A stretch of DNA of 63,592 bases, the filler included, from Choristocarpus tenellus KU-1152 (lineage: Eukaryota > Protista > Phaeophyceae), in assembly GCA_964200185.2 (NCBI GenBank). It is 9 parts of 9 records of this genome, joined end to end, with 100 filler letters (N's around TTAATTAATTAA, not from the genome) between each part and the next. Parts side by side here need not be neighbours in the genome. Positions count along the whole stretch, not along the records: positions 12,291 to 26,661 come from CAXNAD020001211.1; positions 26,762 to 32,754 come from CAXNAD020009214.1; 7 more parts are not named here. One strand, 5' to 3'. Under the pieces are notes generated by a model, which was given only the letters and a program-made list of their open reading frames with translations, ran no database searches and was not told where the DNA came from. Positions 14,746 to 27,888 of this stretch are shown here, piece by piece; within the stretch, counting starts at the first letter, position 1; each line of letters starts with the position of its first letter. Both the position numbers and the translations under genes were made by a program.

Positions 14746-15322
14746 CTAAGTGAACCTCCCTTAGCCCCTCCCTCTTCACCCAACACGCCAGAACCCCACC
14801 CCCTGCCTTTCATAGTCTTACCACTACCTTACCTAAGAAAGGAGGGGGATTCAGGGTACTATGCGCGACTGTGAAGGGTTGTACCCTCCCTCGCGTTCAG
14901 CACGTATTATTTCAATAATTTCAGACTCAACCACTTCAGTATCCCAATTGATACAGATATCTCACAAGGCTTACGACAGTAGTCGTGTGAACTATAGCAT
15001 AATGTAACCCCTTGTTTTCTTACTTTGTCTTTGAAATTGAAAAGAGTAGATTCCGAGCTGGTCCAGGAAAGGTACTCAACTTTCAACGCCTTCGATGTCC
15101 TTATTGCCAGTGTGATTTTGTGTTGTGGAGTATGGAGTTGATGTCAGCCTACAACTGCGACAAGACAAATCAACTCAACCCCTTCACGTTTCCGGAGTTA
15201 ATCTTCCTCTCCTACAAATATTGCTATAGCTTGGTCTGAGAGTGGGCAAGGCAGAAGTGAAGCGATCGGAGCCTTTCCCCCACCAAGGTTGCTGGGCGTA
15301 GCCTACTTTTCAAGGCTTCAGA

Positions 15323-16380
15323 ATGATCGAGGTTATATGTAACGATCGCCTTGGAAAGAAGGTAATTCCTTTTATTCCTATTATCTTTAATGATCTGGGA
15401 GGCTGGTTATGGAAACGAAGATGTTTTGGTCTCGTGTATCGCACTGGAGGACAAGACAGCTTAGTCAGCCTGTCAACCGAGACCCGTACACTCCATCATC
15501 AATCATGCCTTACAACTATAGCCACACTCTGCTATAGCACTACTCCGGTCATGTTTGGACCATGATATCTTGATCGCCAAGGAGCTGTCCTGACGTGAGC
15601 AAATAGCACATCTTGTCAGTAGTAATGATCGAATAGGATGTCCTGGCATCACCTCGCTTATCTCCATCACACCGTCTCGCCCAAACCGAGCTGGTATCAT
15701 TCTAGCAACGCGACATAGGTGAACTATAGAGCTTAAAACGAGTTGCGATACTCCGACATTTTGACCCTCTCTGACCAAATGGACAACCCGCCCCTTCACG
15801 CGAGCTATAATGCATTGACCCAACCTTCTCAAACAATACTTCTTGGTATCATGTGTGTCAGGTGCGAGTGAAATGCAACGAGGATGACACTATCGGAGAC
15901 CTCAAGAAGCTCATTGCGGCGCAGGTCGGAACACGCCCGGAGAAAATCCGCATCCAGAAGTGGTACACTGTCTACAAGGTTGGATATTTTGTCAAGTACA
16001 CAATCTGACAACCTGACTATTTCTTGCTCCTCTTCACCAACCACTCAATATTAACGTTGGATGAGTTCTTATCCAAGTCTCATCCGCGAGCCCATTTCAC
16101 TACTCATTTCTCATTTCCACATTTCAGAATGCGCTCCAAAACTTTCAACTCATTGTCACCCAAGAAATCATGTTGCTTTGACTAACAATTCGTCAAATAC
16201 ATGCTCTTTCTCAGACATTGCAAATCAAGCTTCCTCATTACCACCCATTGTGTAATGTAACAATCACAGAGGATTGATTTGAGCTGTCCCTTTCACTTTA
16301 TTGCATCTTGACAGGACCATATCACCCTCGAGGATTATGAGATACACGACGGTATGGGGCTGGAAATGTACTACAACTAA
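15323..16380 (+). CDS. UBL5: Ubiquitin-like protein 5 / Hub1 (73 aa, 3 exons)
   Basis: Exons 15323-15361, 15862-15978, 16315-16380 (GT-AG) give [73 protein letters not shown], with the diagnostic C-terminal YY-x. Confidence 0.97.
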
Positions 16381-16874
16381 GAATGGCTGGGAGGCTCTCT
16401 GTGATGAGGGCATACGGGAGAGGAATAGAATAACTGCACAACAGGTTTCAGATTGGGTTATGGCTGTGATAGGACACAGGACATATTGTATTTTCTTGTT
16501 GCATCCAACCTGTTCCAGGGGCTCCACAAGTTGTGAGAAACATAATTCCACCACACTGAAAGGTGTTGCTGGCAATACAGAGTTCAATAGGTTGCTAGTG
16601 AGAAGGAGAGGAATGAACAAAGGGTCTGCTCCTTCCATGCAAACATTAAATGGATCAATCGTTTCTTGTTTATTTTTCTATGTTGGATCAAATTATGTGT
16701 ACAGTATAGGGGTATTTTTCCAGGAACATCAGTTGTGGTAAATGAACTGGGGTCTATGATAAGGCCCCACTGTATACTGAGTGCTTTCTAAGAGTGTTTC
16801 ACAAGTGTGATGGCAAAGGGTACTTATAAACACAACTAGCCCAACGACAACTAGCAAGATAGGAGCCCTGCATC

Positions 16875-19800
16875 CTACGGCCGTCCCTTCCCTTGTCCCT
16901 CTGTCTCAAGTTTCCTTGATTGGTAAGTCTGATGTGGAGGATGTATGGGCATCTGTAACGGTGCAAGTCGCTGGAAGGCTTTCTTCCCTCCCCCACTTGT
17001 AGACCCTTCAAGGAGATAAGACTGATCTGCATCGAATCCACTGAGGTCTCCACATGCAACAAAAGGCACCACCAGATTTCCAGGGCCCAACCTGATGTTG
17101 AAAAGTCCATCAATAGGAGGCAGGATGTAAAAAATTAAGATGAGGTCATCCAGGATACGTATGAATCTAGTCTCCAAAATGTCTTCTTCAACCAATCCTG
17201 ACCTTTTGAGATTATCATATTGTCAGGCCATTTGCTTGCGCTACGGGCACTTAGATTCTCATATATAAGGAAGACTCGAATTGTACTCAGACGTACAAGT
17301 GTTTCAAAGAAACGCAGTAATCTTTTTCACATTTCCATGCTTCCTGACAATAGAAGAAAAGGGGAGTTCATATATGGAGGGATGGTGAAGTACTTTAATA
17401 GTCTATTGTAGGCAAAAACAAGGAAATGTGGACAAAACATCTCTCCTTTTATGCTCATCAGCCCACACCATATGAACTCAATTTTCAAGGAGTCTACATT
17501 GGCATGGAAAAATGAATGGCGGCAAATTTAGGACTTGGCTCACATTTCATTCCCATGTGCAACAGAGTATGAGTGATTCAGCAATGGAGTGAGCATAGAT
17601 GGCTCAAACCCTGGAGGAGCTGCATAACCCTCACACACCACAAAGGACTCAATTGAACTGTTCCGACTGCTCTTGGGCTTGGCCACAGTCACCCTCCTGA
17701 ACAGGGGTCGCAACTGACTGTAGAGGAGGCTCACATCCCTACCACGGAAAATCTTTGCTACAAAGTTGCCACCCTCAGCCAGGACATGAGCAGTGATATT
17801 AAGCGCTGCGAGTAGGAGCTGAGATGGGGGCAAGAGGTTGTATAAGAAATTTAGGTTGGAATCATTGGGGCTTATATTTGTCCTGTCCTCTTCAGGTGAC
17901 TAATGCAACTATACCAGTTGAAGTATTAGTCTATTCAAGTGGTTAATGCAAGTATGAAGTTGTAGGACAGTGCCCATTTCAAATTTTTACTTGTATTCAT
18001 TGAAGCACCTTCTCGTGCACAAAAGGCTAGTTTGTACAGAAATCATTCAGTACTTAGGAATATGTGATGTCCAATGGTATTGGATGCTATCCTTGCAATT
18101 TGAATGTGATTAAGGGCATGACTCAGTAACTCTCAGCAGTGAGAAACAGTGGAGGCAGAGGTGGTATAAGGTATATCTCAACAACAAAGCTTGAAGGTAC
18201 CAACCTAACACACTCGAGTATTACCTGGAAGTGCGTAACACATTAAAGGCGTATCAACGCTCAGCAGTTTGGTAGTATGATTGTTGCACTATGAACAAAA
18301 TCGCACACACAAACACACACACACACAAGACTATGCAAGTTGGACACTCTGTGGATTCATAATAACTGAGCAAAAGACAGCAAAGGGTATCAGTCAGGTT
18401 GCCACAAGCAAACAAATTCATGAATTTGTCCACAAAAACAACACAGTCCTGGAACACTGATTCCCCTACTGTAGATGAATATGACCAGTCTTACTGGATT
18501 GTCTCTTTTCCTCTCACCTCACCTGAGCCTGTATGTATTCGTCAATATCATGCAATCCGGTGACATCTGGTGCTCCATCACAAACAACCAAGTCTGCCTT
18601 GCACCCCTGAAAGTGGCCTACAATAGCCTCAGCTGTAGCCAGCGAGGTTATGTCCCCCTGTAGGCATAATGATCAGAGTTAGGGGTAGGAGCGTTGTGAA
18701 CTAGGAATCAGAGGCGGTGGGATGACTCTGTCAGATATGGATACATTTCTTGACAATGGTGATACCACTCACGATCTTTTCACCTTTAACCCCCGCACAC
18801 ACACACACACAAAAAATCTATGATGCTCAACTCTATTGCAGTTGTCTAGACGTCGCCCCTCCCATAACGACCACCTAGAGTGCTCTCTTTGGAGATTGAG
18901 TTTCGCAAAACTCACCAATAAGAGTCTGTCCAAGCACGTATCTTGTCTCCCCCTACTCCTTCCCATCCAAACAAGAATGTACCACAATAATTCCATAACA
19001 TTCTCACCTGAATCATCATGACACCAGGGATGGGTGCCATCTCTTGCAAATCCACTGCCACTATTCGTACCTCACCCTCCTCCTCAATAGTGTCCTCATC
19101 TTTCGCCCTGTCATTTGAAATTGCTGTGTCCGGAGAATCCCCACTTGACAGATCCCCAATTACCAAGTCTCTCTTTCTTGCACTCCCAGAATGCCCCTCA
19201 AGCGTCGTGGTTTTGCCGCTTGTTCTATCCCCCCGAATCTCATCTCCAGTTGTTTGTTCTTCATCACCTTTGTTCAATTCAGTCATTCCACCTTGACAAG
19301 ATTTCACAGCGTCCTCTTCCAGATTTGCAATAGAGGCATCCACTTCAGGGACAGGAAGTTTGGGAGATGTAGTATCTTTCAGGAGCCTGCTTGCCAGCAC
19401 CTTGTTGTTGATTACCATTTTGGAAGGAGGAAATGGTCACTCCTATTTGGTAGGATGAGAAAACGTTATTGTGGGAACCTGGCAGCCTGTTGAACATGCA
19501 ACCGAGCTATTCAGATATTACACTCATAACTTGCTTCCATACGGACACCAAAATATTTCTGCGTTATAAATCACGCATGTGCTGTCAGCATGATCCAGTC
19601 ACAAACACCATTGCAGTCAAATATGCAGGGGGAAATGTGGAATGATCGAAGATAGATGATCCTACAAAGAGAATCTGACCTCGAACCCGCACATTTCGTG
19701 ACTCTGGGAATCACCTGGCTCCAGCTCCCTGGCGCAGCACAAAGGTCAACCGCCCTTTGAACTCCCTCAAACAGATCAAATTCTTCATCCAGCTGAAGGA

Positions 19801-20312
19801 GTTTGAACGCACTACGGGCCCGGAATCCTACCTTGAAGGAGACGAAGGACAGACGATATCATGTATTTCGGTATACAAAAATTTAAGGGGAATTGTGTGT
19901 GCTTTGGGTGGTACTCAGACGATTAGTGTAGAGGAGAAGGAGTAGAGAATGACCCATAAAACAGACGCCCAGTACTATAGTTGAGGAGAAGGTATGTGGT
20001 GGCCAACATACTTGAAAGTTCGTCTCTTCGGCCGTAAAGTAGTAGATTCTGAAGATCTTAAACACGATTACTATTGTCTATGGGTATAGGTCTTGAACTT
20101 TAGCTAATGCTAAAGTGTTGGCAACAAGTGAAGATGAAGATGGAGACTAGCCCAAAGTCGATCAGTATGGGTTTATTGGTGGAGAATCCGTAACAGTGGA
20201 GACCTCCTAGAAGGTAATTCGGGGATACAAGGATTGCTGCTACATATCTTCAGCGTACCTCCTTCGCTTTTCTGTAGTATATATCACGCTTGTCCTTCGA
20301 GGTACGACCCAT
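16875..20312 (-). CDS. TRM7: tRNA (C32/G34) 2'-O-methyltransferase, FtsJ/Trm7 family (6 exons)
   Basis: Exons 20312-20259, 19831-19715, 19400-19008, 18657-18523, 17818-17544, 17091-16875; motifs [106 protein letters not shown]. Confidence 0.95.
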
Positions 20313-20512
20313 GTTTCCTCTTGTGTGCCCTTACAAACTTACCCCAACCCTCAGGTTCAAATCAATGTTCAAACAACCTTCTCAACGGGAGTTCATCTTA
20401 TCACTAAGGCGTTCTTTGGATGTGAAACCGCCCAACTTTCAGACGACTTTGTTGATCATGACGCGCTGGAAGCAGTAAGGGTTGAGGAAGCCCGGATCAC
20501 AATAATAGAGTC
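20313..20512. promoter_or_regulatory. Putative bidirectional promoter between TRM7 and IFT122
   Basis: Only 200 bp separate the divergent start codons (20312 minus, 20513 plus). Confidence 0.6.
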
Positions 20513-23500
20513 ATGAAGCCAGAGCTAAGTTGGGAGGATAAGGTAATAAATCCGTTGGTTAAAGCCCTTCTCCACGGACCTTCAACCAAGCACACCCTTC
20601 GCCTCTATGAACATTGAAACAATCGATATATGTGAACCTCAATACAAGCGACAATAAATAGGTCAATCCATCCCCTTCCCATTGTGGGCATGTTCCATCT
20701 CAAAGGTACCCCGCTCCAGGCCACAGTACCAGGCCACAGTACCTGGCATTGACCCAACCATCTTCAAAGAAATGCTCCGAGAACACTAACTGGTTGTTGT
20801 TCCTATGTACATATCCCATGCCCCCATCGCTCAACGAAGGTTCCAGATAAAGATGGGCAGAAAAACCCCATCAATGACCTCTGCTTCAATCCAGATGGAA
20901 CAAGATTGGTTGTAGCTGTCGAGAATCGGGTTTTGGTCTACGATGCTGCTGAGGGGGAACTCCTTCATTCACTCAGGGGACACAAAGACACGGCAAGTCG
21001 ATGTTTCAGGACAGACCCAGTCCAATGTAATTGCCTGAGGTATTCACACTAACACTCGATATCATAGGAAGTCCTAGAAACTAGTGACTATCCGTCATGA
21101 ATGGGGAAAGAAAGCAGGACTCAAACATAAAGATGCACCAGTGGAACCGACGACTTGTAGAGCTATGTGTGATAAATCTACACTCTTCGCAGGCATAAAA
21201 TCAGTAAAATTGCGCCCAGTCGTGATTTTGCATGTCTCTTCTTTGTACAGGTATACACAGTGGACTTTGCCAAGGACGGAAAGCGCTTCGCCTCTGGAGG
21301 CGCCGATAGCACAGTGATCATATGGAAATCTAATGCCGAGGGGATCCTGAAATATTCACACATAAGTTCAATACAGACGGTCTCGTACTGTCCAGGCTCG
21401 TCCAGGCTGGCATCCTGCACTGCACAAGACTTTGGGCTTTGGAGTCAAGAGCAGAACTCAGTAACCAAACACAAGGTAAAAAAGGGCAGGAGAGAAAGTA
21501 CAAGTAAGTATTGGAAGCCATTGGCTGTATGTTCAGATGCATCACCTTGCAGCTCTAGCTCATTTTGTAGATGTTCCATGCTCAAAAAACTTCACAGAAA
21601 ATGCTTCTGGAATCCTTGCATTATGACCTAATGAAAGGGAGTAAACATGAAGCTTACTTTCGTTTGCTTGCCCCTGCTTGACAGGTCCCATCCAAAATAC
21701 TCTCCTCGGAATGGAGCTCGGATGGACAGCATCTTGCCCTTGGCCTTTTCAATGGTCACGTCAGCATTCGGGATGCTGATGGCGTGGAGAAAATAGTAAT
21801 TGAGAGGTGGGCCTGTGATATTTTGAAATGAAGAGTCATGAAGATTCTTGTCATGTTTAGCATCTTCAATAGTCATTTTTTTGTTTTAAGCAGAGGACAA
21901 AATGGTGATGAAGCAGCTTACTGTAAAGCTCTTTTTTTAGTAGGACCTCCACCAATTATACCAACACTTGCTATCATATAGATAGATATACAAAGGTATG
22001 AAGAATTTTCAGGTTGTAAACAAATTTTGGCACACTCTGAAGTGCTCTAAAATCAAGACTGAATCTACCTTGAATTTCGGGCAGAGTATTAGTTGGATCA
22101 TGGTCATCAACATGTCCAGGAAAAATGGGATGGATTGAGATCATCTGAAGGTTAGAGTTCACTAGGTATCGCAGTCTCATCTCCAGGAGGTGAGGGGCAT
22201 GTAGTCTCTTTCAACCAGTGCAAAGTGCTAAACAAAGTCAATGCCAATAACCGTACAGATAAAAGCTGAAATATAAATTCATGGGACACTTCACATTTGG
22301 TGTGCTTGCTTGTTTCACTCTATCTCTGTGTCTCTATTGGCTGTTGCAGAAAGGCCCCAGTGTGGTGCCTAGCATGGGCACCAGTACAGGAGGACGGTGA
22401 GCTGTTAGCGTTGGGGTGCTGGGACCAGACACTCAGCTTTTACCAGCTCTCAGGTGAGCAGTGGCTATTTCAGAGTGGGAATTGAGATAGATGGCTGGAT
22501 CAAACAAGAGGAACAAAAGAAGTGGGTGCAATCGGGGGGGTATGTGCAAGGAAACAGGCGTACTCTCTGGTCATGTAGCCCTTGTGAGGTCAGGTGCTTT
22601 AAGCTCTTTGGTATGAGATTTGACCATCATTCAGATTCCTATTTCAGCATATTGGTTCACTGTATTGACCAAGGGAACACCGGGCCAACAACAATCACAC
22701 CATGAGAAGAATATCCAGTCGTTTGATTTTTTTTTTCTGTCCATATCAGTCGCCCCCTTTGTTTTTATGTTTTTTGTCTGTGGATTAATTTTGTTTCTTT
22801 TTATTGCATCTCTGGACGAGTAATGTGTCATCCACACTAAGGATTAACCCTGTGACACACTATAGTGCCACTGCGATTTTTGATGTATTCTGTAATATAT
22901 AGACTTTCAGTTGAAGGTCACATCCTTACCCGGGTCGCAGACTTTGTTGCTAGATTTCCCTGCTCAAATCGCTACGAATGAACAAGTATTTTTCAGACAT
23001 TTTCTGCTCAATAATTTCTGTAGATCAGCTATCATTCCATGTGTATTGAACTCCATTATATTTGTCAAAAAAAAAAATGTCACTCCTGTGTCCATGGGTA
23101 ACAGCGTTACACCTCTTCCATTCTTGGAGGTCTTGAAACACCACTATAAAAGAAAAAGAGTAATGGGTTGAAGCCCTTGCTTTCTGTCACAAACTTTTCT
23201 CTTTACCCTACCTACCTGAGGCAGTGCACACACTGCAGCATTGGGAGATTAACTATAAATATATCTAACCCCCCAAGTAACTTACACTGGCAGAAAGTAG
23301 ATAGATCAATACATCTTGTGACCCTCTATCAAACATGTCTTTTTGTTGATTGCACATGAGGAAGCGCCTCCTAAGAATGTCAGATAGTAGTGGGATAGAC
23401 CCAAAGCATTTAAGAGGGTAGGGTCGCGTCCGTTCGGGGTCATCAATCCAATGTTGTGATTTCGATTACTTTTGGCTGTTGTGTTTGTTAGGAAGGGTCA

Positions 23501-26186
23501 TTATCCTTGCTCTGGATACACCTTTCATAGTCGTATACATTTTAGATAACTGTGTTCACACAGAAAATCGAAAAGGGAGTAAAAAAACCCGTGGGAAGTC
23601 AAGACCCGAACTGGCAAACAGGGCAAAACTCTTACCCTCTTAAACGCTTTAGGCCATAGACGACTTGAACAAACACTTTCACCTACTTTGCTGTAGATAA
23701 TGTACAACCTTCAGGTGAGTAGCATCTCAAGGACCGCTAGAAGTTCATCTTAAGACATAGGACAAGATGTTGCAGTGCTAAGTGCAATGTGTAGACACAA
23801 ACTAACAGGGAAGAGCTAAATACATAACTCAGGGTTCCTGCAATAGAATAGGGATCTCATAGAAGAGGAAACCGGACTCCTCATGCTGTTCTTCACATTG
23901 ACATTGCTCTTCGAGTTGGAAATAACAACAATAAAGCACAGTCAGACAACGCATTGTGTTTTTATTTGGTGTATCTGGTAGCGACACAGTATCCATACTT
24001 TTACAGGGCTGTGTTTTCAAGGGGTGACTAACTGTACTTCCAGGAGGCTCGAAGTATCTAGGGGGGAGGGTGGTGGCTGTCCATTTGGGGCCAATTTTTT
24101 TATGTCACATTTTTTGTGTGATTTAGTTTCATATGTTGGATGGATAATGTAAGTGCACTTTTCCTGGTTATGTCCCAAATGGACACCCTGGTGTAGACCC
24201 CCCCCCCCCCCCCCCACACTATTGGACTGGAAGAAATATTGTAAGTGACCTTTTTCTGGTTTTGTCCCAAAAGGACCCCCTGGGGTAAACCCCCCCCCCC
24301 CCCAAGTTACTTTGGGTCAGGACATATTATTAAGCAATATAAGTCAAAACGAATTGATATCCGTAGTTGAGGATGAAGTTGTGCTTGTGAACATCTCTGT
24401 TCTTGTGCGTTGTATTTGATGCCTGTCTGCAAACCCTCCTTCTGCCAGGTGTACAGCACTACAAGGATCGTAACCTAGCCTTCAACCCCTGTGGTCTGTC
24501 CTACGTAAGTGGTGGCAGTTACATTGCCATAGGAGGGAGTGATAGGAAGGCTTCCCTGTTCACCAAGGTGACAGCAGCGAGAAGTTTTGTTCATGATATG
24601 TATATATGTGTGTGTGTGTGTGTTGAAACTCCATCTGCAGTGTTGGATATCCCTAATACTATTGGAAGAACTTGACCCTGAGGGGCCCTCCACGGACACC
24701 TCTGGGGTCCCGTTGTTGAGCTTCATCCGGAGGGATGAATACCCCAAGTGATGCAAATGATACCCCAGAGAAGATGCCACAAGTGTGTTATACCCTAAAT
24801 CTTTGAGCTAGAACATTCAACTGATTCAATTTGGTGTTTGTGTTGATCTTGAAATTCGTCAGTGCCTTCAGGCGGGCTTATTCCTGTCATCTTGCTACTT
24901 TCACAGCACATTCATCCACTGACGTCGGAGATAACTCTTGTATCCGAGAAATGTCCTACCCGGACCCGCTATATGTAGGCCTCTAACTTTGAACCAAAAT
25001 CAACACCCTCTCATGCCGTACCTGATCTTGTCAATCCCGACCCCGGTGCTCATGTTTCCCTTACATGCCTTTCAAGCTTCTTCACCCAGCTCTATAATAT
25101 TTCACTGTTGTATTTCCATCTACCCATGCTTAACTTGTTGACCTATCACAACCACTCCTGACTTAGGAAGGCGTGCGTCTGTCAACTGTGTGCGAGAAGG
25201 AGGCGTGGGTCTGGGCTGTGGCCAATCGACCAGGGCATGAAGAGGTTGCTGTCTGTTCTGGCGACGGATCAGTAGAGATCCAAAAGCTGTGCTTCAAAGA
25301 TGTGACATCAATATACGAGGTAGTTTTGCTCTCACAGCTCAGGACTAATGCTTGCATCATGCAGTTAAACAAGTAATCAAAACCATGCAATGGGCTGCAA
25401 CTTTTTTATGTGAACATTCTACAAGTACGTTTTTCCTAGTTGGAAAATCAGTTGCACATAGGTATGGATGGAACATTTCTCAAAAAAGCTGCTCGCCTCC
25501 TCCCTCCCCTTAAGGTCAACATCATCGAAGGGTATGACGAAATGATAACCCCCTCTTGCTGTTCCTAGACACGGCAATCTGTACTTGTTTCTTTCATCTT
25601 TCCTTTTCTATTGATTCAATCAGAGCACGCACATAAGAATACTGATGCCTGAACAAACGTGGATCATTTCGTGCTTCTTATGCAGTATTAGAGACATGCA
25701 GAGAAATCACCCTCTGCCTTCATCTATCCTTACTTCTCAAGAGGTTGTTGAGAGGAGTAATGCACTGTTGCAGTACATCCACTGATCAAAGAACTGCTGG
25801 TCAACATCTTGTTGATCTCACGCTTTTTTGCACCCACACCACAACACTCATTGGGGACAACAAAAGCTGTGTGTATAACCCTTCCCACTGAAGTGAAGTA
25901 AACATTTTACTTTGGCAAAAAAACACAAGCTGCAATCCTGAGCAGACCAAAGCAAACTGCCACTGTTACCTGCCCCATTGTGAGGAGTAGGAGGAGCCTA
26001 TCCCATGTTGTGTCTTATCTCTCAGATGAATTGGAGAAGCAAACAACCTTATGTTCTGCACTTATAGCACACCCCATCCCTCTTTTTACGCGGTGCATTT
26101 CAACAACATGGAGTGTCCAGGAGCGGTATGCATATCGAGAAAATATGACGGACGTTGTCGTGCAGCACCTTGTGTCTGAGCAAAAG
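20513..26186 (+). CDS. IFT122: Intraflagellar transport protein 122 (WD40 N-terminal part; truncated by contig end)
   Basis: Exons 20513-20542, 20840-20992 (GC donor), 21251-21475, 21685-21806, 22350-22453, 24449-24567, 25167-25319, 26121-26186; motifs [76 protein letters not shown]. Confidence 0.93.
23398..23655 (-). mobile_element. MITE family A copy (intronic, IFT122) with family-B-like terminal bases
   Basis: Family A body but ends GACCCAAAG / CTTTAGGCC. Confidence 0.82.
24046..24318 (-). mobile_element. MITE family B copy with internal partial duplication and AGGA TSD
   Basis: AGGA|GGCTCGAAGTATCT...TTACTTTGGGTC|AGGA; right-hand segment duplicated at about 24240-24318. Confidence 0.87.
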
Positions 26187-26594
26187 GTGAAGTGCAAAGG
26201 TGGCAACACACAGTTTGGACTTGGGCACAGTACTCCCAGCACTAGTTCTATCACCACAAGTGCACTCACAACGTAATTAGCCATACCCACACACATAAGA
26301 GCGCACTGACTACAAGCACAACAAGCACGCAAATGAAACAAAAATGCACATAAAATTCAGGTTGTATCTGGTTTCTTGTTCTTACCACAACTTGTTCCCC
26401 TGGCGTTCTCATTCTGATCTTGGCCATTGATCCTAAGAAGCGGCATGTAGGATGTCACCCAAGAAAATGACATTGACAACTTGATTGCACACAAAGGCCC
26501 TTCCGACCCTGGGGGCCCATATTGTTTGTCCACAACAATTCAAGAACAACAAAATATTACTCCAGTAGAAAGGTCATATTCCACCAGTGCCTGT

Positions 26595-26633
<39 letters not shown>

Positions 26634-26661
26634 GACCTACCTCTGCCCCTGAACAAACACA

Positions 26662-26761
26662 NNNNNNNNNNNNNNNNNNNNNNNNNNNNNNNNNNNNNNN
26701 NNNNNTTAATTAATTAANNNNNNNNNNNNNNNNNNNNNNNNNNNNNNNNNNNNNNNNNNNN
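26662..26761. other. Artificial contig linker
   Basis: N44-TTAATTAATTAA-N44. Confidence 0.97.
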
Positions 26762-27888
26762 GGGTGAGGGGGGCAGTGATACTTCCTCCAAACATGGGGT
26801 CTGGATGAACACAAAGGTGCATGCATGTCTCGAGGCTGAGGCTAACCTCCATTGGGCAATCAATCTACTGAATGAGTAAGAGGGAAGGACTAGCCAAAGG
26901 TTTGCTGTGCTCAAACAGCAGTGCAAGCAATCAAGGAAGTCTGAGCAACAATAATTGTTGCTGTTGATTTTCGTGCACAGATTCAGTTCAACCATTGTTA
27001 TTTTTACTCCCAGGCAGAAAATGAGAACATATTTTCACCCCTTGTCAAGAGGAGAGATCAGTTCAGATGACCGATGTATCAATACTACTAACACAGACCT
27101 CATGCCAACAGGATGGTGTTGTTCGAGGCTAAATAGTGTACCTTCAACATCTCGGTAACTCCACCTAGCTTGCCCATGAGCCCGAGCAACACCACCAAGC
27201 AGTTTGAGGATATTGGGTAGCTTGACTGAGGGAGACACATTGTGGCATTCATCACAGCGACATTGGAGGGCATGAGTCCGAAGGCATTAAAAAACATTTC
27301 CAACTCACAAGGCCACACCAAGGCTGTACTGCTCAAATCAAGCCCGTTTTTTGTTTTCTCATTATTTTCACTCACTCTCTCACCCTGCATGGAGCATATC
27401 AATCTCCTTCTCAGATAGCTTCAACATCCTGCATCAATATACAGTACTACATACTCCGGAGTACAATATTAACTTCAAACAGATTGCCAAAACAGCACTG
27501 GGTCAGACTACTGAGCCCAACAGAACACTACTAGATAGTTGTACCTCTGTTCAAGTGGCAATTTATATTTCTCTCCTAGCATTGGCTGCAGCAGTCATAC
27601 CAAAAATGATCATATGCTAGTTTCAATCAAAAGTTGAACTGAGTGTTCTACCTCACAGCTGTTGAGGTTCTAAGCTTTTGTATCGAACTAGGGATAACGG
27701 TCAGTGACAGTCCTTTTACACATACCATGTGTCTCACAATGACCATCATTAAAATAATAACTTTTGGCCAGGTGCACATTTATCAAGTAACGTCAAAAGA
27801 ATAGGAAACATACCATTCACAAAAAAAAACGTCCCTTCCATCATCTGCAAAGTCACAGCTTGAATCCTCCAACTGTGTTGATGCGTAC

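Noticed and set aside
15323-16380. Functional link between UBL5/Hub1 (non-canonical splice-site usage) and nearby GC-AG introns
   Set aside because: UBL5 is universal and acts in trans, and three of the four GC introns are on other contigs, so proximity is coincidental.
26595-26631. Long poly-C tracts near contig ends (also about 12161 and 59475)
   Set aside because: Homopolymer lengths at assembly breaks are unreliable and probably caused the breaks; polyproline ORFs there are spurious.
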